From assembly GCA_951406725.2 (NCBI GenBank), contig OX597821.1, positions 77,996,001 through 78,060,000 on the forward strand: a stretch of 64,000 nt of DNA, written 5' to 3'. Shown here in pieces: positions 39,810 to 51,845 of the stretch (its first letter is position 1; the number at the start of each line of letters is the position of its first letter). The notes under the pieces were generated by a model. The model made no database searches. It was not told the DNA's origin and was given only the letters and a program-made list of their open reading frames with translations. Both the position numbers and the translations under genes were made by a program. Source of the stretch: Octopus vulgaris (Eukaryota).

Positions 39810-40020
39810 TGTGACCGCGTGTGTACTGTTGGCGATTTTTTTTTTTTCCTCTATCTTCCCTTCTCTGGATCTTTCCTTTTCCTATGTTTCTGACGAAGAG
39901 CTCCGCTCGAAATGTTAAACCCTCCTTCTTTCTTTCTTTCCTGAGCGTCCAATAATACTATATTTATTCCACGTCCTCGCATTGTTGTGTTTTTTTGTGC
40001 TTTCTTGTTTGGATTAACTT
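39810..40020 (+). mobile_element. Penelope-like pLTR fragment with a family 2 hammerhead
   Basis: ~210-bp repeat in (TA)n; copies at ~41340-41530(-) and ~51493-51690(-). Confidence 0.7.
39886..39920 (+). ncRNA. Minimal hammerhead motif, family 2
   Basis: GTTT-CTGACGA-A-GAGC-TCC-GCTC-GAA-ATGT-T-AAAC; stems I and II pair perfectly, and stem III looks like a CpG-decayed ACGT palindrome. Confidence 0.7.
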
Positions 40021-40542
40021 TATATATATATACATACGTACATGCATAAGCCATCCAACCCTTGCCAGCATGGACAATGAACATTGAATGATGACGATAT
40101 TAATGCAAAGGCACATGTCTTCGTGATTACTTGCCCTACGGATGTAAGGTCATGAGTTCAATTCCTTGCAGCACGTTATGCCCTTGAGCAAGACACTTAA
40201 CTTCACATTGTTCCAGTCCACTCACCTGGCAAAAATGAGTTGTACCTGTAATTCAAAAAAGACAAGCTTGTCACATTCTACCACCCTGAATCTCCCCGAG
40301 AGCTACGTTAGGGATATTATGTGTTTGTGGAGCACTCAGCCACTTGCATGTTAATTTCATGAGCAGGCCGTTCTGTTGATTGAGTCAACTGGAGCACTCG
40401 TCATCGTAATGGACAAAGTGCTAGTATATATATATATTTTTATATTGATAAAAATGGTAAGACAACAAAAGAAAGAAAGAGACTTCGATATTATGTAAAT
40501 AGAGGAATTTATCTGTAAATGTAATATGTGAAAATTATTCGG

Positions 40543-40616
40543 TAGCCATGTTAAAACTCTGAGTTTCGAATGCCGAGGTGGAAATCCATGCCACCATCTC
40601 TTCAGTTATCCGGCCA
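40543..40616 (-). ncRNA. Type-I hammerhead motif, family 3 (antisense copy)
   Basis: Reverse complement TGGCCG-GA-TAA-CTGAAGA-GATG..CATTC-GAA-ACTCAGAGT-T-TTA-ACA-TGGCTA. Confidence 0.72.
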
Positions 40617-40679
40617 TTGGAAAAATGCTGTGAGCAATTTCCCTTTGTATAATGGTCATTTTTCATAGCATTTTTCCGA

Positions 40680-40753
40680 TGGCTGGATAACTGAAGATGT
40701 GGTGGTGTGGATTCCCACCTCGGCATTCGAAACTCAGAGTTTTAACATGGCTA
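40680..40753 (+). ncRNA. Type-I hammerhead motif, family 3 (sense copy)
   Basis: TGGCTG-GA-TAA-CTGAAGA-stem II-GAA-ACTC-A-GAGT-T-TTA-ACA-TGGCTA; cleavage triplet GUU at 40739-40741. Confidence 0.7.
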
Positions 40754-42191
40754 CCGAATAATTGTCTCATATTACATTTACAAATATATATATAATTTTG
40801 GTAAACAAACCCAAAAGGCTTTGTAAGTCATGGAGAGAAATGATAAGGTTAGCGTATCATTTTTCAGTCATTTGTTTATATTTAAGAATTGTCGCTTCAA
40901 ATCGGAGAATGAATATTATTATGATATATTATATATGTGTGTGTATACACATACATATATCATTGGCAGAATGACCTTGTCGTTATAACGTTTGTTTCAA
41001 CATATGGTTTCACATCAAATACCATGCAAAATATATTTTGCATGTTTGTGTTTTTTCTAAGAATATTTCATGTGAAACCATATGTTGGAATAGTTGATTT
41101 ATTATGGGATGCTGATCTTACAACCGAGACACCCTGGTCGTCGCTAACATTATCATTAATTAATTAATTAAATGATTTTTCAATATATCTGTGATCTTTT
41201 CAGTGATTTTTCTGTGACTGTTTTCTTTCTGTTTATGCTTGGCATTTGTATATATTTTGTGATGTGTTGATTGAAGTATGTGTGTACATATGTGACTGTG
41301 TAGTTGTCTTCTTTTACATATGCATGTATGCATTATATATATAGCTAATCCAAACAAGAAAGCACAAAAAACACAACAACGCGAGGATGTGGAACAAATA
41401 TAGTATTATTGGATGCTCAGGAAAGAAGGAGGGTTTAATGTTTCGAGCGGAGCTCTTTGTCGGAAACATAGGAGAAGGGAAGACAGAGGAAAAAAAATCA
41501 CCAACGGTACACACGCGGTCACATTTTGAATGACCGGAAGGTTTCCTGGATTTTGTGGCGGATATATTCCTCCACTGTTGCAGGATTACTCATTCCTGCT
41601 AGCTGAGTGGATTGGAGCAATGTGTAGTTTCTTTGTTCAAGAACACAATGAGTTGTCTGGTTCAGGAACCAAAACCACAATCTTACAATCATGACTACAA
41701 CATCCTAACAACTCCGTCTCTCTCACATTCATTAAACTTTTACGAGAAAACAAGTGACTGTGACTTAGAAATTTTGGCTTGCTAGCCTTTGATTTTTTTA
41801 TTTACAATATATAACACTATGTATCTGTACATACATATACACACTCAATCACAAGCGCATACACATGCATGACAAAACAATAATATACATGAGGGAAGCT
41901 TACTTACCACTACAAACACCTGCAGCTCCACAATTACATTCATACCAAAGAGAAATGTGATGACAGACGTAAAAACACTCATTAGACACTGCACAAAATA
42001 CATACAAATACCAGACATAAATAAATGAAAAGATACAGACACTGACAAAACTTTGTAAGGGCAGCAATCGTGAGGGCAAGAGACTTTGACAAATTAATTA
42101 ATTAATAATAATAATAATAATAAAAAGAAAGTCAACTAGTAGGTTTTTTTTTCTTTCCCTTTTTACTCAGGAAAATGACTCTCCTAAAATA

Positions 42192-42243
<52 letters not shown>

Positions 42244-42550
42244 GCATACATACACACATACATACATGTATATATGTATGTATAAGTATGTGTGTGTGTG
42301 TGTGTGCAGATATAGTTTGCTACTGTTTCCCTTTTATGGTGATTCATGTACCTACTGGTGTTTTGTGTCTTACCTTAGTGATATATCACTACCACCACCA
42401 TTTACCACTGCCATCATCATGGCCATTTCTCACCACCACCACCACCACCACCACCACCACCACCGCCACCATGCCCCCTGCCATTTCCCACCTATTACCT
42501 GTCTTTTCTTTAATCTCCTCATTAGATTACTTTTATAGTTAATAGAAGCA

Positions 42551-42561
42551 GTGACTTTGCA
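42551..42561 (+). promoter_or_regulatory. ARE consensus match GTGACTTTGCA
   Basis: Matches RTGACnnnGCA, in a largely unique stretch. Confidence 0.25.
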
Positions 42562-44335
42562 CTTTTCGTTTTTCCCTCTTCTTTCTCTCTCTCTCTTTTC
42601 CCTCGTTCAATGCTTTTCTGTTTCTTCACCCCCCCCCCCGTTTGCTCATTTTTAAAAAAAACTTGTTTTCTTTTTTTTTCTCTCCCTCAACCTATTAAGG
42701 CACTCAATTCTGTTTATTTTCCATTCTACTTATATCGCTTCAAATTCAATCATTGACAGAACGATACAAGCAAAACAGACGTGGTGGTGGTGGTGGGGTG
42801 GGGGGTGGGGTAGAAGTATTTTACCCTTTATCATTAAACAGCTGTTTGTTTTCTGTATTAATCTACGAAGAGAATTATTCGTTCTCAGTCTCTCCGTTCC
42901 ATCGAAATAGCTTCTCGTGTGATTTGTCAATATATCGATGTTCTACTCTTGTGTTTGTTTCAGTCATTTGACTGCGGCCATGCTGGAGCACAGCCTTTAG
43001 TCAAAACCCATCGCCTCCCCCAGAACTTATTCTTTGTAAACCTAGTACTTATTCTATCGGTTGCTTTTGCCGAACCACTAAGTTTCAGGGACGTAAGCAC
43101 ACTAGCATCGGTTGTCAAGCAATGGTGAGTGGACAAACACAGACACACATATATATTTATATATATGACAGGCTTCTTTCAGTTTCTGTCTACCAAATCC
43201 ACTCACAAGGCTTTGGTCGGCCCAAAGCTATAGTAGAAGACAGTTGCCCAAGGTGCCATTCATTGGGACTGAACCTGAAACCATATGGTTGCTAAGGAAG
43301 CTACTTACCACCCAGTCACTCCTGTGCCTTGTTTTTTTTTATGTCTTTTATCTTTTACTAGTTTCAAACATTTGACTGTGGCCATGCTGGGGCACCACCT
43401 TGAATTTTTAGTTGAATGAATTGATCCCCAATATTTATTACTTCTTTAAGCCTGGTACTTATTCTATCAATTCCTTTTGCTGAACTGCTAAGTTACGGGG
43501 ATGCAAACACACCAACACCGGTTGTCAAGTGATGGTGAGGGGACAAACACACATACACACACACACATATATGTATATATACGACGAGCTTCTTTCAGTT
43601 TCCATCTACCAAATCCACTCACAAGGATTTGGTCAGCTCAAGGCTATAGTAGAAGACATTTGCCCAAAGTTCCACAATTGGGACTGCATCTGGAACCATA
43701 AGGTTGAGGAGCAAGCTTCTTACCACACAGCCACACCTGTGCCTATATATATATGCATATATACATATACACATATACACATACACGTGAGGGGCTTCTT
43801 CTAATTTCTGTCTACCAAATCCATTCACAAGGCTTTGGTTGGCCTGAAGCTATAATGGAAGAAACTTAGGTCAGTCAGGTGTCACGCAGTGAAATTGAAC
43901 CAGGGTTGGACGATTTGACTGAGGTCTGGGAAGCCAGGAGGCTGCACCAGACTCCAATCTGATCTGGCAGAGTTTCTACAGCCGGATGCCCTTCCTAATA
44001 CCAACCACTCTGAGAGTGTAGTGGGTGCTTTTATGTGCCATTGGCATGAGGGCCAGTTAGGTGGTACTGGCAGCGGCCATGCTCAAATGGTGCTTTTTAT
44101 GTGCCACCTGCACAGGAACCAGTCCAGCGGCTCTGGCAATGACCTTGCCCTAACCTTAACCCTTTTTTTCATGTGCCACCAGCACAAGTGCCAGTAAGGC
44201 GACGCAGGTAACGATCACACTTGAATGGTGCTTTTTACGTGCCATCGGCATGGAGGCCAGCTCGTTGCTATATATATATATATATATATATATACATACA
44301 CACATACATATCTATATATATATGTATATATTTGT

Positions 44336-44624
44336 GAAGGCACATGGCTTAGTGGTTAAGGTGTTTCACTCATGATTGTGAGATCGTGGGTTCGATTCCC
44401 AGACCGGGCGTTGCATTGTTTTCTTGAGCAAACACTTCATTTCACATTGCTCCGTGATCATTTTGACACCTGACATGTGACACCCAATTGCACCTGTACA
44501 GGTAATGTCGATCTGAGTGAGGAAGTGAGCTTATATCTACACAAGCATTTGATCACTATAAACAAATCATCTGTGTGGTTGTTTGGTAAGAAATTGTTGA
44601 ACCCTCATCTAACAATGGGAGAGT

Positions 44625-44630
<6 letters not shown>
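44336..44630 (+). mobile_element. tRNA-derived SINE (further family)
   Basis: GGCACATGGCTTAGTGGTTAAGG...GGGTTCGATTCCC followed by CTTGAGCAAACACTT core; a related head at ~40105-40425. Confidence 0.75.
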
Positions 44631-44665
<35 letters not shown>

Positions 44666-45344
44666 TTAATTTACGAAGAGTTTTGACTGTTATTTCAAGC
44701 AGGTAGACATACTTAATATGTCCTTTGATTAATTTTATATATATATATATATATGAATGATGGGCTTCCACTCAGTTTCCATCTACCATGGTTTCACTAA
44801 CATGGCTATAATAGAAGACACCTGCCCAAGGTGTCACACAGTGGTAATTGAACCTGAAACCATGTGTTTGGAAAGAAAATTTCTTAATCATGCAACCATG
44901 CCTGTCTTATGCAGAAGCTCTTTCTTTTTTTTTTTATAAATCCTAGCTCTAAGTAGGAAGTATGAGTTATATAGTTAATTACTTTAATATTGCTATAATG
45001 AGGTGTTACATAGATATATGGTTTCTCATTCATAAAGAGAGAGCTGTTAAATATCTAAATTACAGTTGAACTTTCAGCTGGATGAAATTCTTTAAAAGAC
45101 AGGCACTTGAAACTCCTTAACCTAGATTTGTCTCTATTAGGCATTTTCCCTGCCTCTTGTCACTAGCTTTTCTATCCAGTTTTACCGGTCAAGGTTGTGA
45201 TTGATTGTCCATTTCATTTAGTACCTGTTATTCTGTGTTTGAGTGTGCATGGTGGAGATGATGGTGAAAATATGTGGCCAGTCGCCATCTTGTTGTTATT
45301 GCTTGAGTGTTGCCACTGCTTCGTTAATAATTAATAACCATTAA

Positions 45345-45744
45345 ACACCGTTTCGACCTTGTGCTTGAGGAGACCTATTGAGTCAAGTACATCAACATCA
45401 AAAATCAATGGAAATTGTAGTTGTGATCCCTGTGCCAGTGGCATGTAAAAAGCACCATCTGAATGTGGCCGATGCCAGCGCCGCCTTGACTGGCTCCCGT
45501 GCTGGTGGCACGTAAAAAGCACCAACCGATCGTGGTCATTGCCAGCCTCGCCTGGCACCTGTGCCGGTGGCATGTAAAAATCACCCAATACACTCACGGA
45601 GTGGTTGGCGTTAGGAAGGGCATCCAGCTGTAGAAACACTGCCAGATCAGATTGGAGCCTGGTGCAGCCTCCTGGCTTCCCAGACCCCGGTCGAACTGTC
45701 CAACCCATGCTAGCATGGAAAACAAATGTTAAACAATGATGATG
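45345..45744 (+). mobile_element. Young RTE 3'-end insertion with 18-bp TSD
   Basis: ATAATTAATAACCATTAA at 45327-45344 and 45745-45762. Confidence 0.88.
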
Positions 45745-48700
45745 ATAATTAATAACCATTAAGCACAAGCATGACTGTGTGGTCAAGAAGTTTGCTTTGC
45801 ATGTGTCACCTCGTATAGCCCTGGGCCAACCAAAGCCTGTGAGTGTGTTTGCAAGATGGAATGTGAATGAAACCCATCGTGTGTATTTTGTGTTCAGGTT
45901 CATGTGTCCTTGTCTTGACATTGCTCAGTAATTTGTAAACAAATATTGACAGCATACACAATTGGTGTTTGTTTGCTGTCATCTTTGAAAATTTGTCTAG
46001 TCATTGGAGCTCTTCCGGATGAGGGGAAATACAATCTGGCTTGGAAACTGGTGAAAGAGGATTGGCAACAAGAAAAGCATCTGACAATAAAGTTCCTGCC
46101 TCATTGAAATTCAACTATATATCAAAATGTTGATATGTAGTGGTCAGGCAGATAGTGTCTGTATTTTGATTCATGGTTAGAATTTTATCATTTATGTTGG
46201 TTGTGTCTTTAAGAAAGTATGCAAGTCACAATATCCTGTTTCCTTAAAAGACTAAGCATGGGGCTGTGGGAAATCATTATCTTATATCCATATTTGTTGT
46301 ATAGATAGAAAATGTCCCTTTATATTGAGTATTGGCAGAATCTGTAGAGCATCAGAGAAAATGTCCTTTCATATTCTGGGATTATAATCCTGATATCAAC
46401 TTTATCCTTTACTCTTCTGGAAGTCAAAAGTACCAGCTGCACACTGGGTTTGATTTAATATTCCTTGAAAGCCTTGTCGATCCCAGTGAAATTGTGATAG
46501 GCCCTACAGAAAAGGTCTTTGATTCCTTTTTCAGGTTTGATAATATATTGAGTCGTTTCTCAGTAGTTATATACTTGCAGTTTAAAAATTCTTTGTAACA
46601 CCTTAGATTTTAGCAGAGTATACCTGAGTCTGAGAGGATTAAGATTTTATATGATTACCTCTTGATACCAACCTGCCTGAGACTGCCTTTGGTGCTACAA
46701 TAAAAACTTCTGTTTTAAAATGATCAGAATTTAAATTTTCCATCAAAATTAAATCTTAATTATATTCCAAACATCAGCTCTTATAATGACAGTTATTTTA
46801 CTAAATCCTTTGTTTTAAAAATTGACGGAAACAAATTGATTTATTTCAACAGGATTATAGTAACAAAAGGGCTATGATGCCTAACTTCACAATTTCAAAT
46901 TCCTCAAATTCAAATTTTATAATAACCAAACCATTGTGTTGTGGACCTTGTCCTGAAAATAGTTATCACTTAGAGATTAAAGCAATACATTTTTGATTGA
47001 AATATCATCACTAATTATCGTCATCTAACATCCACTTTTTCATGCCTGCATGGGTCAGTGTTTGTTGAGGCAGATTTTCTACAGCTAGATTCCCTTCCTG
47101 TTTCCTCACTTGTTTCCAACCAAGGTGTTAAATTCCCTATAGTTAGATATGTTTTTCATGGAAGATGGGAAGCGAATAACCTCACTTGTATGATGATGAT
47201 GCTCATTTACAACCATTACGTGATGTCAAGACAGGTGCACACACATGCAAAACAGTCTGCTTTCAGTTTCTTATTTCTTTATTGCCTGCAAGGGGCTGAA
47301 CATAGAGGGAACAAACAAAGGCAGGCAAAGATATTAAGTCGATTATATCAACCCCAGTGCGTAACTGGTACTTAATTTATCGACCCCGAAAGGATGAAAG
47401 GCAAAGTCGACCTTGGCGGAATTTGAACTCAGAACGTAACAGCAGACAAAATACCTATTTCTTTACTACCCATAAGAGGCTAAACATAGAGTGGACAAAC
47501 AAGGACAGACAAACGGATTAAGTTGATTATATCAACCCCAGTGCATAACTGGTACTTAATTTATTGACCCCGAAAGAATGAAAGGCAAAGTCGACCTCGG
47601 CGGAATTTGAACTCAGAACGTAACGGCAGACAAAATACTGCTAAGCATTTCGCCCAGCGTGCTAACATTTCTGCCAGCTCGTCAGTGGATTTGGTAGTTT
47701 CTGTCTACCAAATCCACTCACAAGACTTTGGTCAGCCTAAGTCTACAGTAGGAAACACTTGTTGAAAGTGGCCATGTATGGGACCCAACCCAGAACTATG
47801 AAGTTGGGAAGCAAGCTTCTCATCCTCGCAGCCACTTCTGCACCTGTTAGCCACATCTCTAATAAAAAAAATCTGCTTAATCATTGTTGAAGTGACTCTA
47901 TTCACCAATGACATCAGCCATCGCTATCATTATTATTCTCTCCTCACATTTTGTTTTAACACTGTCTCTTTGCGTTGACGTTCACTTCACTCATCACGGA
48001 ACTTGGAACTACAGTCATTTTATTTATCTATATATTGTTTTGTTGTTTCCTTTACCATAAACAACTTTGCCAGGAGTAGTTTAGTTTGTGTGACTTGACA
48101 AAATAGTGCAGTTAAGCAAATGTTTTGACCCAGTAACAGCCAATAACTACATGGCTGGCTGTTGTATTTGTTACAATGGGAAAAAAAAAAATATTACTTT
48201 GACCTGACCAATTATTATAAACTCGAGTTTAGCCACTATATATGTATCTGTGCTTGTGCATGTGTTTTGTATTCAACATGATATGCTTTTTTTTTCCCCC
48301 TCCCAAATATGTGTTTTGTATTCAGAACACAATGCATTTTTTAATATTTCTTTTTCAAGTATGCCAAATATGTTATGTAGAAGAATTTTCAAATTGAAAA
48401 GACGGCAAGAGAAGGAAAAAAAGAAGCACTTAAAAATTTATTCATTTTTTTTGTTTCCCTATGTATTATTATTTTTATTATCATTATTAAGGCAGCGAGC
48501 TGGCAGAAATGTTAGTACACCAGGTGAAATGCTTCGCGGTATTTCGTCTGCCATTATGTTCTGAGTTCAAATTCCACTGACGTCAACTTTGCCTTTCATC
48601 CTTTCGGGGTTGATAAATTAAGTACCAGTTACGCACAGGGGTTGATGTAATCGACTTAATCCATTTGTCTGTCCTTGTTTGTCCCCTCTATGTTTAGCCC

Positions 48701-50492
48701 CTTGTGGGTAGTAAAGAAATAGGTATTTCGTCTGTCTTTATGTTCTGAGTTCAAATGCCACTGATGTTGACTTAGTCTTTCATCCTTTTGGGGTCGATAA
48801 ATTAAGTACCAGTTGTGTACTGGAGTCGATGTAATTGACTGGACTCCCCCCACCAAAAAAAAAAAAAAAAAAAAATTTTCGGGCCTTGTGCCTAGAGGAG
48901 AAAAAAAAATCATTATTATTATTAATTTGGTGAGCTGGTTGAACTGTTGGCATGCCTGACAAAATGCTTATTGGGATTTTGTTCATCTTTGTTCTGAGTT
49001 CAAATTCTACCAAGGTCGACTTCGCCTTTCATCATTTCAAGGTCATTGAAATACGTACAAGTTGAGAACAGGGGTCGATATAATCAGCTAGTGTCTTCTA
49101 AATTTCAGGCTTTGCGCTTATAGTAGAAAGGATTATTATTATTATTATTATTATTAACGTGGTGAGCTGGCAAAGATGTTACTATGCTGGACAAAATGCT
49201 TAGCAACATTTCTTGCAACTGTAAGTTCTAAGTTCAAATTCTGCTGAGGCTGACTTTGCCTTTCATTCTTTCCAAGTTGAGGAAATAAGTACCAGTTTCG
49301 CACTGGGGTCAATGTTATCAATTCATCCCTTCCCCCAAAATTGCTAGCCTTGTGGCAAAATTTGAAACCATTATTATTATTACTGAACGAAATGCTTAGC
49401 AGTATTCTTTTATTTGTTTCAGTCATTTGATTACAGCCATGCTGGAGCACCATCTTTAGTCATACAAATTGGCCCCAGGACCTATTCTTTGGAAGCCTAG
49501 TACTTATTCTATCGGGCTCTTTTGTCGAACTACTAAGTTACAGGAACGTAAATACACCAGCGGCGGTTGTCAAGTGATGGTGGGGGGACAAACACAGATA
49601 TACACACACACACACATACACACACATACACTCACATACGACAGGCTTCTTTCAGTTTCCGTCTACCAGATCCACTCACAAGGCTTTGGTTGGCCTGAGG
49701 CTATAATAGAAGACACTTGCCCAAGGTGCCATGCAGTGGGACTGAACTCGGGACCATGTGGTTGGTAAGCAAGCTACTTACCACAGCCATTCCTGTGCCT
49801 GTTGCTACATTCTGAGTTCAAATTCCACCAAAGTCAACTTCGCCTTTCATCCTTTTGGGGTAGATTAAATAAATACCAGTTATACACTGGAGCTCAGAGT
49901 AATCGACTTAATCCCTTCTACCAAAAATTTCAGGCCTTGTGCCTACAATAGGAAGGATTATTATCATCATCATCATCATCATCATCATCATCTTAGAAAC
50001 ATTGAATTAAGTTTTTTAACTGAAACGAAATCAGCCTAGAAGAAATTTCAGAGATTATCCTCTTTGTGTGACTGATTATGGGTTTATATCTACCAGAATA
50101 GACTTTTGGAGAAACTATTGCGACTGAAAATTTTATTCCTCTCATCTCCATTCCTTTCTCTATATACAGAGAGAGAGAATTATTAATGATTGGCAGAAGT
50201 TAGTGACTTAAGGGATGAAATTCACACTTTAGTACTCGTCAAAAGTGTCATCGTATGAACCACTTAGCTCTTCGGTCACTCTGTAACTTCTGCTGAATAA
50301 TAATAATAATGATAATAATAATAATAATTTACATTATTTACAATTGACAGATATTTGTCCTCATCTTGTTTGTTTCGGCTAATATACCCTCCAGCCTTCA
50401 TATTGTAAAAGACTGGCTCAACTGAAATAAAACTATTCTAAATTTTTGCCATTGTACTCTGTACTCTTTTTTTCTCTCTGACATTAGGTATG

Positions 50493-50527
<35 letters not shown>

Positions 50528-51329
50528 GTATGTGTGCACATGCACACACATATATCTTTTATACTGGTGGCTTCCTCTTCAGTTTGTGATATATACGTTC
50601 AAGTATAACATGAGTCAGGAGTGACCAAATATGTGCACCTAAGAATTTCCTTGTCACCATATGGGTCTTAGGTTTAAGGAACGATTGTTCTGTTAGACCA
50701 GTTTTTGCCTGCGTAGAGAGTCCAAATTCCACTCAGCTTGAATTGTACCAAAACTATGAAAGGCAATGGAAAGTATGTTGTAATAGTAGTTTATCAACAG
50801 TGTTGAACCTGTTGAACTTATTACTAAATTGATAACCTGAGATCATTTCCTCTGATTTCATTACAATTAAAGCCACTACATCACCTTCATTCCACTTTTA
50901 CTAATTTTTCAGTCTGCACTTGATGACATTTCCTCCCCACTTCTAATGGCATGTTTGGAAGTTGAAGTGGGTGTATATGTATGTTCTCAACACAGGAATT
51001 CTTAAATGATTTCCCAGCCTTTTATTTCATTTAATCTGTTAAGTAATTAATAGATAATGATTCATTCTACTTTTAACGTCTACTTTTCCATGCTTGCATG
51101 GGTTGGATGGAGTTTCATTGAGGCAGATTTCCTATGGTCAGATGCCCTTCCTGTTACCAACCCTTACTTGTTTTCCAAGAAAAGTAATCTTTTCCCATGG
51201 CCAAACATGTTTTTTCACAAAAGACTGGAAATGAATGGCACTCGATATAACAGTGACAATCATTTACAACCATCATACAATATTCAGACAAAGAGATATA
51301 CACACACACATATATATATATATATTTGA

Positions 51330-51845
51330 TATATCAAAAAAGGAGATTGGAAAACTTTTTGGCAGTATTTATTCACCATTACACATGTTTCTTCTACTAT
51401 TAGGAGTTACAAAATTGAACATGTAGTAGAAAAACATGCAAGATACTTCCTATTAGAAATTCTTCAGACAGAGAACCAAATTATACATATGTATAGTTAA
51501 TCCAAACATGAACAAAGAAAAAACACAACAATGTGAGGACATGGAACAAGTATAGTGTTATTGGAGGCTCAGGAAAGGAAAGAAAGAAGGAGGATTTAGT
51601 ATTTCGAGTGGAGCTCTTCATCAGAAATATAGAAAAAGGAAAGGTCCAAGGAAGGGAAGATGGAGAAAGAAAATCGCCAACGATAATACAATATTATTTG
51701 AATCTCTGTTTGAAGAATTTGTAATAGACGTCTTACATGTTTCTACTACATTTACAATTCTGTAATTCCTATTAGTGTATGAAACATGTGTAAAGGTGAA
51801 CGAATATTGCCAAAATCATTTTCCAATCTTCTGTTTTGATATTAT
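51330..51845. mobile_element. Fold-back MITE with a family 2 PLE/hammerhead fragment inserted centrally
   Basis: ~51335-51480 is an imperfect reverse complement of ~51697-51840; the insert spans ~51493-51690. Confidence 0.65.

Larger units (their letters stand above)
40511..40785. mobile_element. Inverted (head-to-head) Penelope-like pLTR pair, each arm carrying a hammerhead
   Basis: Arms 40511-40633 and 40663-40785 are near-perfect reverse complements around a ~29-bp spacer. Confidence 0.75.

Noticed and set aside
41433-41467. Family 2 hammerhead as an active ribozyme (also 51594-51628)
   Set aside because: Core or cleavage-site substitutions (CCGACAA; U16.1>C) should abolish activity; kept only as family evidence.
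42242-42542. Poly-His / poly-Thr ORFs
   Set aside because: Derived from a (CAC)n repeat flanked by dinucleotide repeats.
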